From NCBI GenBank assembly GCA_965223265.1, contig OZ244999.1:6624001-6688000 (forward strand): DNA of 64,000 bases. The letters are read 5' to 3'. Origin of the DNA: Planctomycetota bacterium. Its GTDB lineage: Bacteria > Planctomycetota > UBA8108 > SXIK01. A program made the translations under genes and the position numbers. Below are positions 18,737 to 29,369 of the stretch, in pieces. Position 1 is the stretch's first letter; each line of letters starts with the position of its first letter. A model generated the notes under the pieces. That model was not told the DNA's origin and did not search any database. It saw only the letters and a list, made by a program, of their open reading frames with translations.

Positions 18737-20170
18737 GTGAACGAACCACAACGAAGCCACCCAGAGTCCCAACGCGAGCTGCTTCGACGCTTGCCGCAAA
18801 TCGAGAAGCTGCTCCAACTACCGAACGTACGCCAGTTGACGGAAGTTCCGCACCTCGAGCTGGTGCGGACGCTTCGCCGGGTCGTCGAGCGTCTCCGCGA
18901 CGAGATCCTGCGCGGCAAGCTCGACGGCAACACGCTGGACCGCGAACTGGCGCCTGCACGCATCGCGGAGCGAACACACCACGAACTGCGGCTGCGGGCA
19001 GCGTCGGCGTACGGGCGAGCGATCAACGCCACCGGCGTGATCCTCCACACAGGTCTCGGCCGCGCGGTGCTGCCTCAGCCTGCCGTTGACGCCGTGTCCA
19101 ACGCGCTGCGCGGATACTCGGTGGTCGAAATCGACCCTGTCAGCGGCGATCGCAACCACCGCGAACATGCTGTCGCCGCAATGCTGGTAGAGCTCACCGG
19201 TGCCGAGGCAGCCGTGGTCGTCAACAACAACGCCGCCGCGGTGCTGCTCATTCTTGCGGCCCTCGCGCGCGAGCGGGAAGTGATCGTGTCGCGCGGCGAG
19301 CTCGTCGAGATCGGCGGCTCGTTCAGAGTGCCCGAGATCATGGCGGAAAGCGGCAGCCGGTTGGTGGAAGTCGGCGCAACCAATCGTACGTACACGCGGG
19401 ACTACGAAGGCGCGATCAACGCGGCGACAGCACTCCTTCTGCAGGTGCACACGTCGAACTACGCCATACGCGGCTTCGCACACCAGCCACCACTGCAGGA
19501 GCTGGTTAACCTCGGGCGCCGACACGAGATCCCGATCGCATGCGACCTCGGATCTGGCTGCTTCGTCGAGTTGAGCTCTTACGGCTTCGAACCGGAACCT
19601 CTTGCGTCCGACGCCATCACCGCTGGAGCGGATCTTGTCTCTTTCTCCGGCGATAAGCTTCTCGGCAGTTGTCAGGCTGGGATCATCGTCGGCAAGCGAG
19701 CGCTCGTCGCGAGACTGCGCGCGCACGCGCTCTTTCGACCGCTGCGCGTCGACAAAACCACGCTCGTGCTTCTTGAAGAAACACTCCGCGCCTATCGAGA
19801 CCCGTCTAGTCTATGTGAGACGATTCCGACGCTGCGGATGATCGCGACACCACTCGCGGACGTCGAGAAGCGAGCGCAGCGCTACGCCGCCGGCATGCGT
19901 GACCGTTGTCGTGAGCTCGAAATCGAGGTCGTCAAGTCGGCGGCACAAGCAGGAAGCGGCGCGCTGCCCGATCAAGAGATTCCGAGCTACGCGGTCAGAC
20001 TCCAGCACCAGCAAATCAGTGCCGAGGAGCTCGCACGGCGGCTTAGGGTTCATTCGCCGCCTGTCTTCGCCCGCTGCAAGAGCGACGCGGTCTTTCTCGA
20101 CTGCCGGACGATTCTGCCGCAGGACGAGCACGACATCGTCATCGCCGTGACCCGGTGCGCCGCGGTTTGA
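18737..20170 (+). CDS. selA: L-seryl-tRNA(Sec) selenium transferase
   Basis: INATGVILHTGLGRA, VVNNNAAAV, SRGELVEIGGSFRVP, EVGATNRT, DLGSG, FSGDKLLG; GTG start at 18737 likely. Confidence 0.97.
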   Translation: MNEPQRSHPESQRELLRRLPQIEKLLQLPNVRQLTEVPHLELVRTLRRVVERLRDEILRGKLDGNTLDRELAPARIAERTHHELRLRAASAYGRAINATGVILHTGLGRAVLPQPAVDAVSNALRGYSVVEIDPVSGDRNHREHAVAAMLVELTGAEAAVVVNNNAAAVLLILAALAREREVIVSRGELVEIGGSFRVPEIMAESGSRLVEVGATNRTYTRDYEGAINAATALLLQVHTSNYAIRGFAHQPPLQELVNLGRRHEIPIACDLGSGCFVELSSYGFEPEPLASDAITAGADLVSFSGDKLLGSCQAGIIVGKRALVARLRAHALFRPLRVDKTTLVLLEETLRAYRDPSSLCETIPTLRMIATPLADVEKRAQRYAAGMRDRCRELEIEVVKSAAQAGSGALPDQEIPSYAVRLQHQQISAEELARRLRVHSPPVFARCKSDAVFLDCRTILPQDEHDIVIAVTRCAAV

Positions 20171-20389
20171 GTATGCCGTGTAGCGACGCCGCGTGAAGAA
20201 CTCGCACAGAGGACGAGTAAACCAGCGGCGCAGAAGCCGCACTGGGGAAGGCAGCGATTCCGCAACGCGGGTAGCGAGCGCGATCCATCTGGCGATGCCT
20301 CGCGAGGTTAGCGGCGCCGACGGATGATGGAGCAAATTCGCATTCGACAGACCACTTGTTTTTGGCTACGTTTCTGGTATAGTAGTAAT

Positions 20390-20734
20390 ATGTCAGGAAA
20401 ACAGCGGCCTTCCAGGAGCAGGATGAGCAGGGCGGAGCGTGACCTGCGCTCCCGGCTTACCAAACTCCTGCATTCCGATGCGATCATCCGCGGAAGCCTC
20501 ACCGTTCGTGAGCGTACCTGCGGGAAGTCAAGCTGCCGCTGCGTCACCAAGGGAGAGAAACACACGGGACTCTATCTCGTGGTCAGTGAGGAGGGAAAGT
20601 ACCGGCAGATCTTCGTCCCCAAGGCGTTCGAGGACGACGTGCGTCGGTGGGTTGAGAGCTACGCCAACGCCCGAACCCTGCTCGAGGAGATTTCGAAGCT
20701 TCAGCACCAGAAGCTCCGAAAAAGGGAGAAGTGA
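20390..20734 (+). CDS. Small IS-associated Cys/His protein (DUF6788-like)
   Basis: IRGSLTVRERTCGKSSCRCVTKGEKH motif; ATG at 20390 (ORF track starts at 20324). Confidence 0.8.
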   Translation: MSGKQRPSRSRMSRAERDLRSRLTKLLHSDAIIRGSLTVRERTCGKSSCRCVTKGEKHTGLYLVVSEEGKYRQIFVPKAFEDDVRRWVESYANARTLLEEISKLQHQKLRKREK

Positions 20735-21968
20735 AGCAATCCTTCGTCGGCTTCTGGCCTACGCCAGGAAGATCATAGGGCTTCCTGCTGTCCTCGATAC
20801 AGTCACTGACAGCCGCCAGTGCCCTCGGATTTCCACTGGCGTCGTGGTCAGAAGTGCGTTCGTGATGTTCCTGACGCGTCTCGGCAGTCTCAACGCCTTG
20901 GAGCAGACGCGGGAGAGCAAGTTCTGGTCCCGGTGGATTGCGGGCGATCTCCCAAGCGCAGATTCGATGGGACGGATCTGCGCCGTCGTCAATCACGACG
21001 ACCTACGAGCTGCTATTCATCACCTTTATAGCCGACTCAAGCGGAACAAGGCGCTCGTCGCTCCGTGGCACGGTTTGACCACTCTTGTGCTGGATGGACA
21101 TGAATCGCACTCAACGTACCGACGGCGTTGCACCGGCTGCCTGGAGCGAGAAATCACCGTCAAGAACAGGAGCGGCGAGACGGAGACGCGCAAGCAGTTC
21201 TACCACAGGCACGTCACAGCTCAGCTCCTGACCGACAGTTTTCCTCTGTTGCTCGATGCCGAGCCGATTCGCCCGGGCGAGGATGAGGTGGCCGCAGCCA
21301 TGCGACTGCTTGAGAGAGTTCTCAGAAGCTACCCGAGAGCATTCGACGCCGTTGTCGCTGACGCGCTCTACGCCGACCCTAGGTTCTTCAAGTTCGTTCG
21401 AGAACGCGGCAAGCACGTGCTCGCAGTGCTGAAGAACGAGAAGCGTGATCTGATCCGAGACGTTCGCTCCCTCTGCGAGGTCAGGGCTCCGGTCGAGATC
21501 TTCTCCGGCAAGAGGAAGTGCCAGTGCTGGGACGTCGATGAACTCGAATCCTGGCCACAGGCCGGCATGCCGGTACGGGTGGTGCGAAGCGTGGAGCGGT
21601 GGTCACTGCGCCGCCAGCTCGACGGCCAACCCGAGGAGCAGATCTCGGAATGGTTCTGGGTGACCACCTTGCCTGAGAGCTTGGCAAGCACGGTGGCCGT
21701 TCGCGAAATCGGTCACTCGCGTTGGGCAATCGAGAACAAGGGCTTCAACGAACTGGTGACGCGCTGGCATGCAGACCACGTCTACAAGCACGACGACGAT
21801 GCGATGCTTACGTTCTGGCTCGTTTGCCTCATCGCGTGCAATACGTTCCAGGCATTCTTCCTGCGCAACCTGAAGCCGCAAGCGCGTGCCAACTGCAGCA
21901 TGCTCCACTTGGCCCGCCTGCTCTCCTGCTGCCTCTACGCCGGGATCCCCAGCCGCAGCCCTGGCTGA
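20730..21968 (+). CDS. DDE transposase (DDE_Tnp_1-like)
   Basis: LVLDGHE, VVADALYA, HSRWAIENKGFNEL motifs; start codon uncertain, transposase-like sequence begins near 20730. Confidence 0.85.
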   Translation, partial: SEAILRRLLAYARKIIGLPAVLDTVTDSRQCPRISTGVVVRSAFVMFLTRLGSLNALEQTRESKFWSRWIAGDLPSADSMGRICAVVNHDDLRAAIHHLYSRLKRNKALVAPWHGLTTLVLDGHESHSTYRRRCTGCLEREITVKNRSGETETRKQFYHRHVTAQLLTDSFPLLLDAEPIRPGEDEVAAAMRLLERVLRSYPRAFDAVVADALYADPRFFKFVRERGKHVLAVLKNEKRDLIRDVRSLCEVRAPVEIFSGKRKCQCWDVDELESWPQAGMPVRVVRSVERWSLRRQLDGQPEEQISEWFWVTTLPESLASTVAVREIGHSRWAIENKGFNELVTRWHADHVYKHDDDAMLTFWLVCLIACNTFQAFFLRNLKPQARANCSMLHLARLLSCCLYAGIPSRSPG

Positions 21969-22327
21969 CCGCTTCGGTCACGACTCGCTCACCGGGGCAC
22001 TTACCTCCTACCTCAAGCCTCACCTGTCAGAGGCCCGGGGAATCCCTCCCCCAACTCCCTCTGACGCCTCTCCCACGCCACAGAGCTCGCCTCCCGCGAC
22101 CCTTCTCACCGCGCCATTTGCTCCATGCGAACCTGCGACACGCCAAAAACCGTCCCTCCATCTATAACCGAAGGCTCCACGCAGCAGGATTGCGGAACCG
22201 CTGTGGGGAAGGCGGTCATGTAGAAACTCGACCGTCGTGCGGGTTAGAATGGAGGCCGGATGGGACCTCTGTTGTCGACGTCGACAACGCTCGGCAAAAC
22301 AACGATCGACTCGAACGCGCAAGAACG

Positions 22328-23386
22328 ATGAACACCTCGACGCGAGCGCTTGTTTACACCCTGGTTTGTCTTTCGGCCCTGATGGCCTTTCCTTTCGTTC
22401 CGGTCGCCGGGAAAGCAGACAACCGCCTGCCAGCAAATGACCTTGGCGCCCCCGAGGCAGCAGGGAATCGCTCGACGACGCGAGCCAGCCGTCGCGCGCC
22501 AGACGATACCGACACGTCAAAAAAGAAAAAGAAGAGAGGCCGCAAGAAGAAGAAAAAGAAGAAGAGAAAAAAACTCACGTTTCGTCGGGTCCTCGAGCTC
22601 AACTCAGCACAGATCTTCGGTGGTGCCACGAAGTTCATCGACAAGGATACGATCGAGATCACCTTCGATCGGGCTGGGCAATTCGTCGCCGGCTTCACGG
22701 GCGGCGGCATGCATGACGACACGAGCCCCGCGATGGTCGGGGCGAATCGTCGCTTCATCATGAAGGAAGACAAGGTGTACCCCGGCCTTTGTGTGTGCGG
22801 CCTCGGTCAAGGCTTTTGGCAGTCACGATTTCCTCTTAAGGGCGCTACTTGGATCAAGGTTGGCTTTCGCATTCCGAACTTCATTGGCCCTGAATCTCAG
22901 TTCACCGCCATCACCAACTGGAACCCAAAGGTCAAGGCTGGCTTCGCGACGAGTTTCTTTCATCGGGTCAGCGTGCTCGTGCGCGGCACACCTCGCGAGT
23001 CTCGCCTGACACCGCACCGTGAGTACCAAAAACCGGCGCGCGATTGGTTTCCGCGTCACGGCGAATCTGTGCCGTGCGAGTACGGATTTCGCGACGACGA
23101 ATTCATCGTGAGCACCAAGATCGACAAAACGCTCGAGATGGTCAAGCTCAGTCGACGCAAGGATCGCGGTGGTTACGTGGCGTTCAGTTTCAGCAAACTG
23201 GTCTTCACGTTCGACAATCTCGTCATCCGAGGGACACTCGACCGCGAGTGGTGTGAGAGCGAGCTACGCCGACTGAAGAAGGAGGGAAAGCTGATCACAA
23301 AGGAGCCAAAACCTCCCTCGCCGGAAGAACCGAAAAGCGAAGGCGACGCGAAAAACCGCGCTGAGCGTAGAGATCCTCTCGAGTAA
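22328..23386 (+). CDS. Hypothetical exported protein with poly-Lys tract
   Basis: ATG at 22328 followed by a signal-peptide-like segment; KKKKKRGRKKKKKKKRKK tract. Confidence 0.75.
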   Translation: MNTSTRALVYTLVCLSALMAFPFVPVAGKADNRLPANDLGAPEAAGNRSTTRASRRAPDDTDTSKKKKKRGRKKKKKKKRKKLTFRRVLELNSAQIFGGATKFIDKDTIEITFDRAGQFVAGFTGGGMHDDTSPAMVGANRRFIMKEDKVYPGLCVCGLGQGFWQSRFPLKGATWIKVGFRIPNFIGPESQFTAITNWNPKVKAGFATSFFHRVSVLVRGTPRESRLTPHREYQKPARDWFPRHGESVPCEYGFRDDEFIVSTKIDKTLEMVKLSRRKDRGGYVAFSFSKLVFTFDNLVIRGTLDREWCESELRRLKKEGKLITKEPKPPSPEEPKSEGDAKNRAERRDPLE

Positions 23387-23404
23387 GGAGCGACGGGGAA
23401 GTCG

Positions 23405-24676
23405 ATGAAGAGAACTTTCGAGGCTGCCGAGTTAGAGATCAAAAGACTCGGCGACCCGACCATTCCATCGCCGCTGAAGGATGCCCTGTTTGTAGAAGAC
23501 GAGGAAGGGGTGGCCTCGACGTGTCTGCGCTCGGATCTGACGACGCGATCGAGCCTGCCCGGTTTCTTCGAGATGGCTGGACCGCGGCGCACAATCTTCT
23601 TCGACCCCACCGAAACGACGTGTGCGATCGTCACCTGCGGCGGACTCTGCCCTGGCCTCAACGACGTGATCCGGGGCCTGACGATGCAGCTCTACGAAGG
23701 CTACAACGTCCGCCAGGTGCTCGGCCTACGCTATGGCTACCAAAGCCTCGTGGAGAGCTATGGACACAAGCCACTCGTACTCACCGCGAGCAGCGTCGGC
23801 GAGATCCATCGCCGTGGCGGTACCGTGCTCAAGTCGTCACGTGGTGATCAAGACCCTGTATCCATGGTCGACTCGCTGGAGCGTCTCGGCATCGACGTGC
23901 TGTTCGTCGTCGGTGGCGACGGAACGATGCGGGGAGCGAGTGCGATCGTGGAAGAAATCGAAAGGCGCGGCGGAACCATCGGCGTCGTCGGCATCCCAAA
24001 AACGATCGACAACGACATACCGGTGATCCAAAAGACGTTCGGCTTTGAGACGGCCGTCGCCGAAGCCGTGCGAGCAATCGATTGTGGCCACATCGAAGCC
24101 CACGACAACCCCCGCGGTGTTGCTGTGGTGAAGCTCATGGGTCGGGATGCAGGCTTCATCGCCGCCGCCGCAACCGTCGCTAGCGGCGACGTAAACTTCT
24201 GCTTGGTGCCCGAGGTCGAGTTTGGACTGGGAGGCAAGAATGGCCTCTACGACGCACTGGCGCGTCGACTTGACAAGCGAGGGCACGCCGTCATCGTCGT
24301 TGCCGAAGGTGCCGGCGAAGAGCTGTGCGAAACCGCTGGTACTGACGACATAGGAATTTTGCTGCGCGACCGCCTCAAGGCCGAGTTTGCGCGTCGAGGC
24401 GAACCCCTATCGCTCAAGTACATCGACCCGAGCTACATGATTCGCAGCGTGCCGGCCACGGCCGACGACTCCGTCTTCTGCGCGCAGCTCGCGCATCACG
24501 CCGTTCACGCCGCGATGGCGGGACGGACAAGCATGCTGACGGGATATTACCACGACCATTTCGTCCACATTCCGCTCCGGCTCGTGATCGGTCACACGAA
24601 GCAGCTCGATCTGAGCGGCAAACTGTGGCGCGCGGTCCTCGAATCGACGGGTCAACCGCGCGAGTGGCGACGCTGA
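23405..24676 (+). CDS. pfkA: 6-phosphofructokinase, ATP-dependent type (group X-like)
   Basis: TCGGLCPGLN, GGDGT, PKTIDNDI, KLMGRDAG, KYIDPSYMIRS. Confidence 0.92.
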   Translation: MKRTFEAAELEIKRLGDPTIPSPLKDALFVEDEEGVASTCLRSDLTTRSSLPGFFEMAGPRRTIFFDPTETTCAIVTCGGLCPGLNDVIRGLTMQLYEGYNVRQVLGLRYGYQSLVESYGHKPLVLTASSVGEIHRRGGTVLKSSRGDQDPVSMVDSLERLGIDVLFVVGGDGTMRGASAIVEEIERRGGTIGVVGIPKTIDNDIPVIQKTFGFETAVAEAVRAIDCGHIEAHDNPRGVAVVKLMGRDAGFIAAAATVASGDVNFCLVPEVEFGLGGKNGLYDALARRLDKRGHAVIVVAEGAGEELCETAGTDDIGILLRDRLKAEFARRGEPLSLKYIDPSYMIRSVPATADDSVFCAQLAHHAVHAAMAGRTSMLTGYYHDHFVHIPLRLVIGHTKQLDLSGKLWRAVLESTGQPREWRR

Positions 24677-24710
24677 AAGCCGCGCCGTGGCGACGCTCGT
24701 CGCGATGAGA

Positions 24711-26180
24711 TTATGCCAAGATTTCATGCACGACGCGGCATGCTCGTCCGCTGGTCATCTGGGTCTCACGGCCGTTGTGGACGTAGACGAGTTCTTCGTG
24801 CTGTAGCCCAAAGAGGTGGAAAAGCGTCGCTTGAAAATCGTTGAAGCTGACCTTGTCAACCGCCGCACGATGGCCGAACTCACACGTCTCACCGTACGTG
24901 ACTCCAGGACGGACTCCCCCACCTGCGAGCCAAATGGTGAACCCTTCGCCATTGTGATCTCGTCCTCCGACCTTGGGATCGCCCTCGCTGACGGGCAGAC
25001 GCCCAAACTCGCCGCCCCAGTGCACCAAGGTCGTCTCTAACAACCCGCGCTCCTTCAGGTCCGTCACTAGTGCCGCGCACGGTTTGTCAGTCTTTCGACA
25101 GATCGCAGGCAGCCGTTCCCGCATCTTGGTGTGCGAATCCCACGGCTGACTGTTGAGAAAGAGCTGGACGAAACGAACTCCGCGCTCGATGAGACGTCGC
25201 GCGATCAAACACCGAGTGCCGTACTCCCTCGTCAGCGGATCGTCGAGGCCGTAGAGCTTCTTTGTCGCTTCCGACTCACTCGCGACGTTGAGAGCTTCCT
25301 TCGCTGACGACTGCATGCGTGCCGCCAACTCATAGCTCGCGATTCTTGCTTCCAGGTCGGACTCTCCTGGATGACGTTCGAGGTGATCGCGGTTGAGGTC
25401 TTGGAGAAAGTCCAGGTTTTGCCGCTGCCGCTCACCCTTGAGGTGCGCTGGCGGCACGAGATTGAGAATACGGGGCTCCCGCGGGCGAATCACGGTGCCC
25501 TGATAGAGGGACGGCAACCAGCCGCAAGACCAGTTCCGCGACTTCAGCGTTGGTAGTCCCCCGGGGTCGGTGAGAACCACGTAGGCGGGTAGATCCTGGC
25601 TCTCTGCACCAAGACCGTACGTCAACCAGGCGCCGAACGTCGGCCGATCCGGACGGTTGAGTCCAGTGTTGATACGCCGGAGCGATGCACCGTGATCGTT
25701 GGTGTCGGTGTGCATCGATCGGATGACACAGAGATCATCGACGATCCTCGCAGTGTGCGGAAGAAGCTCGGAGACCGGCGTACCGCATTGACCGTGCCGC
25801 GCAAACTTCCATGGACTGCCGAGAAGACGCTTCGTCGCGCGGTTGAAGAAGCTGAAAACGACGCTACCGTCATACGACTGGCCGTCACGCTTGGTGAGCT
25901 CAGATTTGGGGTCGAAGAGATCGACTTGGCTCGGGCCACCGTGCATGAAGAGCGAAATCATCGCGCGCGCTCGAGGTTTGATCTGCGGCGCCTTCGGTGT
26001 CAAATCGAACGACTGGCTCTGTTGACCGATCGTCCGCGGAATTGCGAGCAGACGTTCTTGCTTCAGGAGCCAGGCGAGCGCAAGGCCACCGACACCGAAC
26101 GTCCCTCGTCGCAAAAACTCGCGGCGCGGCGACTCACTCCTCCAGCTGAATTCGGAATTCCCAGGATCGATCAGACTCAT
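24711..26180 (-). CDS. DUF1501 family (sulfatase-like) protein
   Basis: RREFL Tat-like motif, MHGGPSQVDLFDPK, ARRLIERGVRFVQ, WDSH, WGGEFGRLP, GRDHN. Confidence 0.92.
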   Translation of the reverse strand: MSLIDPGNSEFSWRSESPRREFLRRGTFGVGGLALAWLLKQERLLAIPRTIGQQSQSFDLTPKAPQIKPRARAMISLFMHGGPSQVDLFDPKSELTKRDGQSYDGSVVFSFFNRATKRLLGSPWKFARHGQCGTPVSELLPHTARIVDDLCVIRSMHTDTNDHGASLRRINTGLNRPDRPTFGAWLTYGLGAESQDLPAYVVLTDPGGLPTLKSRNWSCGWLPSLYQGTVIRPREPRILNLVPPAHLKGERQRQNLDFLQDLNRDHLERHPGESDLEARIASYELAARMQSSAKEALNVASESEATKKLYGLDDPLTREYGTRCLIARRLIERGVRFVQLFLNSQPWDSHTKMRERLPAICRKTDKPCAALVTDLKERGLLETTLVHWGGEFGRLPVSEGDPKVGGRDHNGEGFTIWLAGGGVRPGVTYGETCEFGHRAAVDKVSFNDFQATLFHLFGLQHEELVYVHNGRETQMTSGRACRVVHEILA

Positions 26181-26303
26181 AACACACTCGGTATTCGGTT
26201 ATTCCGTCCGCAGTCGCCGTGCACACGAACCTCACTCCAACGTCCGCAAGGAATGACCAACTGAAGGTGCCTCCTGCGGTCGTTCTTCGCAAGTGTTGGG
26301 GTC

Positions 26304-29006
26304 TCAATCGACATATAGGAATTCGTTCGTTCCCAAAAGAGCATGGCACAGATCCGTGAGCGCGATCAACTCGTGATCAGGAGCTTTTGTCACCGCCTGC
26401 GACGCGCGTCCAGGTTGCGGAGACGCAGTCGCCGATTCTTCCGTTGCCGCGGAGGTCGCGATCGAATGTTCCACTCTTTGTGCCAGGAAAGACTTGCTGC
26501 GCTCAATCTCACTCGGCGCGGGCCGACGGCCGAACGCTAGTTGCCAGGCACGGACAATCTGGTCGGCCCTGCTGCTGCCAGCTTCGCGGCGCAGCCGCCG
26601 CGCGAATCGTTCGGCCGCGCGCAGCGCAAAACCGCTATTCATGAGCATGAGCGACTGTGTAGAAACCGTCGACGACGTCCGCCGCTCACAATTCACTTCC
26701 ATGACGGGCATGTCGAATTGTCTCAGCATCGACACCGGCATGCTGCGTCGCACTTGAGCATAGAGAGTGCGCCGATTCCTTTCAAGCCGCGCCGCGGAGT
26801 CATGGTCGGAAGATTCAATGCTCTTTTCATCGGCGGCCGGGAGCGGACCAACGACGATTTGTCCGACCTCATCTTCGACGACAGGCACCGGAGGGCCGAA
26901 CATCTTTGCGTTCAACACACCGCTGACAGCGAGGATTTGGTCGCGGATCACCTCCGCCTCCAGGCGCCGTATCGGAAAGCGCCAGTAAGCGACGTTGCCT
27001 GCGTCGATCGAGTCGCGAACCGGATCGCGCCGCGAGCGTTGACGGTAAACCGTCGAGGTCATGATGAGCTTATGGAGGCGCTTCACACTCCAACCGCTGG
27101 CCACGAACTCGCTCGCCAGCCAGTCGAGCAACTCGGGATGCGTCGGCAGGTCTCCCAAGCGGCCGAAGTCAGCGGGCGTCGCGACGAGCCCTCGTCCAAA
27201 ATGGTGCATCCAAACACGATTCACGATCACGCGCGCGACGAGAGGGTGCTCGCCCGAAGTCAGGTAGTGCGCAAACGCTAGGCGGCGCCCCGTCGACGGC
27301 AAGCCCGAGTCATCAGGTGCGATCTCGAGCCGCTGCCCCTCTGGCCTGGCGACCGACAACCCGCCCGGTCCGATCGCATGCCGCGGCTGACTCACGTCGC
27401 CGCGATGCAGCAGGTGCGTCGTCGGCACCTGGCCGGGAACCTCGGTCAACACTCGTAGGAAATCCTCGAACGGCTTACGAGCACGGATGGCGTTCATCCG
27501 CTCGTCATACTTCTTCAGATCGTCCGCTGACGCTTGGTTGTACTGATAGAGATTACCTGCGTGGAGACGCAAGAACGGATATCGGCGAAAGATCTCCTTT
27601 TGCTCTTCGGTCCGCTTGTCGCCTGGCGTGTAGTAGGCAACACGAATGGCTTCGCGTCGCGAGGCCTCAAACTTTTCGAGCTCTTTGTCGAGCGCGGCGG
27701 CGATGTATTGCTTCTGCTTTGCGGCCCGCTCGGCGGCAACTGCTTGTGCTTCCGCTTCGATCGCCGCCGCGCTCGTACGGTCATCATCGGTGGCCAGAGA
27801 AATTCGCCGCGCAGCCGGCACACGCCAATTCTTGGCGTCATACGCCGGCTCGAAGATAGCACGCACGCTGTAGTAGTCGGTCTGAAGAATCGGATCGTGG
27901 CGATGGTCATGACAGCGGGCGCAATCGAGCGTCAAGCCGAGCAGCGCGCCGGAGACGATCTTGATGGTGTCGGCGACGACCTGCTGGCGGGCCGCCTGTT
28001 GATCCGGCGCGCCAGACCCCGTGCCATCCGCCGCCATACGCAAGAATCCGGTCGCCGTGAGCTTCTCGATCGCCTCAGAGCTCAATCTCTCATAAGGCGG
28101 CGCCACCAGCTCGTCTCCCGCCAACTGCTCAACGATGAACTGATCGAATGGTTTGTCAGCGTTGAACGAACGCACAACATAGTCGCGATACTTGTAGGCA
28201 AAACTCCTGACCGGATCGGAGATGGTGTAGCCCTCCGAGTCGGCATACCCTGCGACATCGAGCCAATGGCGCCCCCACCGCTCCCCGTAACGCGGCGATG
28301 CGAGTAGTCGATCGACCGCACGTTCGTACGCGCCCACACCCGTGTCGGCCAAGAGCTCATGGACTTCATCAGGCGTCGGCGGTAGTCCGGTCAGGTCGAG
28401 CGCGGCGCGGCGCAAGAGAGTCGTGTGCTCGGCGTCGCGCGAAAACGTCAAACCCTGCGCCTCCATCGCCGCGACGAGGAACGCATCCACCGGCGTTCGC
28501 ACACGGTCCTTCGACACGACTTCGGGAACCGACGGGCGGTGAAGAGGCTGAAACGACCAAAACTCACGGTCTTCTGGCGTGATGCCGATTCCGGGCGCCA
28601 GCTGTTCTGGTTCCGGGCGTGCAGTCTGTGCCCCGCCGGCGATCCAATCGCGTATCAACGCGACCTCTTCGTCCTCGAGCTTCTTCTCGCGCGGCGGCAT
28701 CTCGCCGCTGCGGATGCGGGTCAAAAGCAGACTCGCGTTCGGCTTCCCCGGCGCGATGGCTGGCCCGGAGTCACCACCTTTGACACCCAAGCGGCGCAGG
28801 CGCAAATCGAGACCGCCTTCGATTTCTGCTTCGCCACCGTGACAGTCAAAGCAGTAGATCTTGAAGATCGGCCGGATGTGTTTCTCGAAACTAAGTGAAC
28901 TAGCTTCCGCACCAGCGACAGTCGCTGGCACCGCCGCTCCCGCGGCGCCGGCAAACAGCACAAGCAACGCGGCGGCTGAGAAGCGTTGGGCGGAAGGAAG
29001 AAACAT
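26304..29006 (-). CDS. Planctomycete cytochrome c / DUF1549 / DUF1553 protein
   Basis: CFDCH and CARCHDH heme motifs, FWSFQP, LTGLPPT, YGERWGRHWLD, NRVWMHHFGRG, RRLEAEVIRD. Confidence 0.93.
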   Translation of the reverse strand: MFLPSAQRFSAAALLVLFAGAAGAAVPATVAGAEASSLSFEKHIRPIFKIYCFDCHGGEAEIEGGLDLRLRRLGVKGGDSGPAIAPGKPNASLLLTRIRSGEMPPREKKLEDEEVALIRDWIAGGAQTARPEPEQLAPGIGITPEDREFWSFQPLHRPSVPEVVSKDRVRTPVDAFLVAAMEAQGLTFSRDAEHTTLLRRAALDLTGLPPTPDEVHELLADTGVGAYERAVDRLLASPRYGERWGRHWLDVAGYADSEGYTISDPVRSFAYKYRDYVVRSFNADKPFDQFIVEQLAGDELVAPPYERLSSEAIEKLTATGFLRMAADGTGSGAPDQQAARQQVVADTIKIVSGALLGLTLDCARCHDHRHDPILQTDYYSVRAIFEPAYDAKNWRVPAARRISLATDDDRTSAAAIEAEAQAVAAERAAKQKQYIAAALDKELEKFEASRREAIRVAYYTPGDKRTEEQKEIFRRYPFLRLHAGNLYQYNQASADDLKKYDERMNAIRARKPFEDFLRVLTEVPGQVPTTHLLHRGDVSQPRHAIGPGGLSVARPEGQRLEIAPDDSGLPSTGRRLAFAHYLTSGEHPLVARVIVNRVWMHHFGRGLVATPADFGRLGDLPTHPELLDWLASEFVASGWSVKRLHKLIMTSTVYRQRSRRDPVRDSIDAGNVAYWRFPIRRLEAEVIRDQILAVSGVLNAKMFGPPVPVVEDEVGQIVVGPLPAADEKSIESSDHDSAARLERNRRTLYAQVRRSMPVSMLRQFDMPVMEVNCERRTSSTVSTQSLMLMNSGFALRAAERFARRLRREAGSSRADQIVRAWQLAFGRRPAPSEIERSKSFLAQRVEHSIATSAATEESATASPQPGRASQAVTKAPDHELIALTDLCHALLGTNEFLYVD

Positions 29007-29369
29007 GAGAGCTCCGTTCGGTCGAACATCCGTGACGGCGAGTAGAAATCGACGGTATCCGCCCGCAAACGCAGCAGCAAGTCAAAACAGAACGGCGGCT
29101 GAGGGTCGAGTTTGACCATCTCGCGTCGAGCCGGGGAGCGCCAGAAGCGCCGAGGGCAATGAGCGACTCCGGAGCGACCCCACACTGGCCGAGGGACGAG
29201 CTTGGGCAGCCGCGCTCCCCGAAAATTCGACTCGAACTCGGCGACAAGAGGCCCGTCGAGACGAATTTTGTCTGCAACCGGATCCGTCAGTCGTTGGGAG
29301 GTGCACGAGCCGAATGAACAGCCCGTTGAGGAGTCACCCTCCCAACACATAGCGAAAGGTAGAGAACAA

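Larger units (their letters stand above)
20252..22203 (+). mobile_element. Complete IS (1952 bp), IS4/ISAs1-like DDE transposase plus small upstream ORF
   Basis: 14-bp terminal IRs CAGCGATTCCGCAA / TTGCGGAACCGCTG (13/14 match); 9-bp target duplication TGGGGAAGG at 20243-20251 and 22204-22212. Confidence 0.92.

Noticed and set aside
20439-20729. N-terminal extension of the transposase ORF
   Set aside because: Overlaps the small Cys/His ORF in another frame and has Ser/Arg-rich shadow composition
21722-22327. N-terminal 200 aa of the 554-aa ORF
   Set aside because: Runs through the IS and its TSD; the real gene most likely starts at ATG 22328
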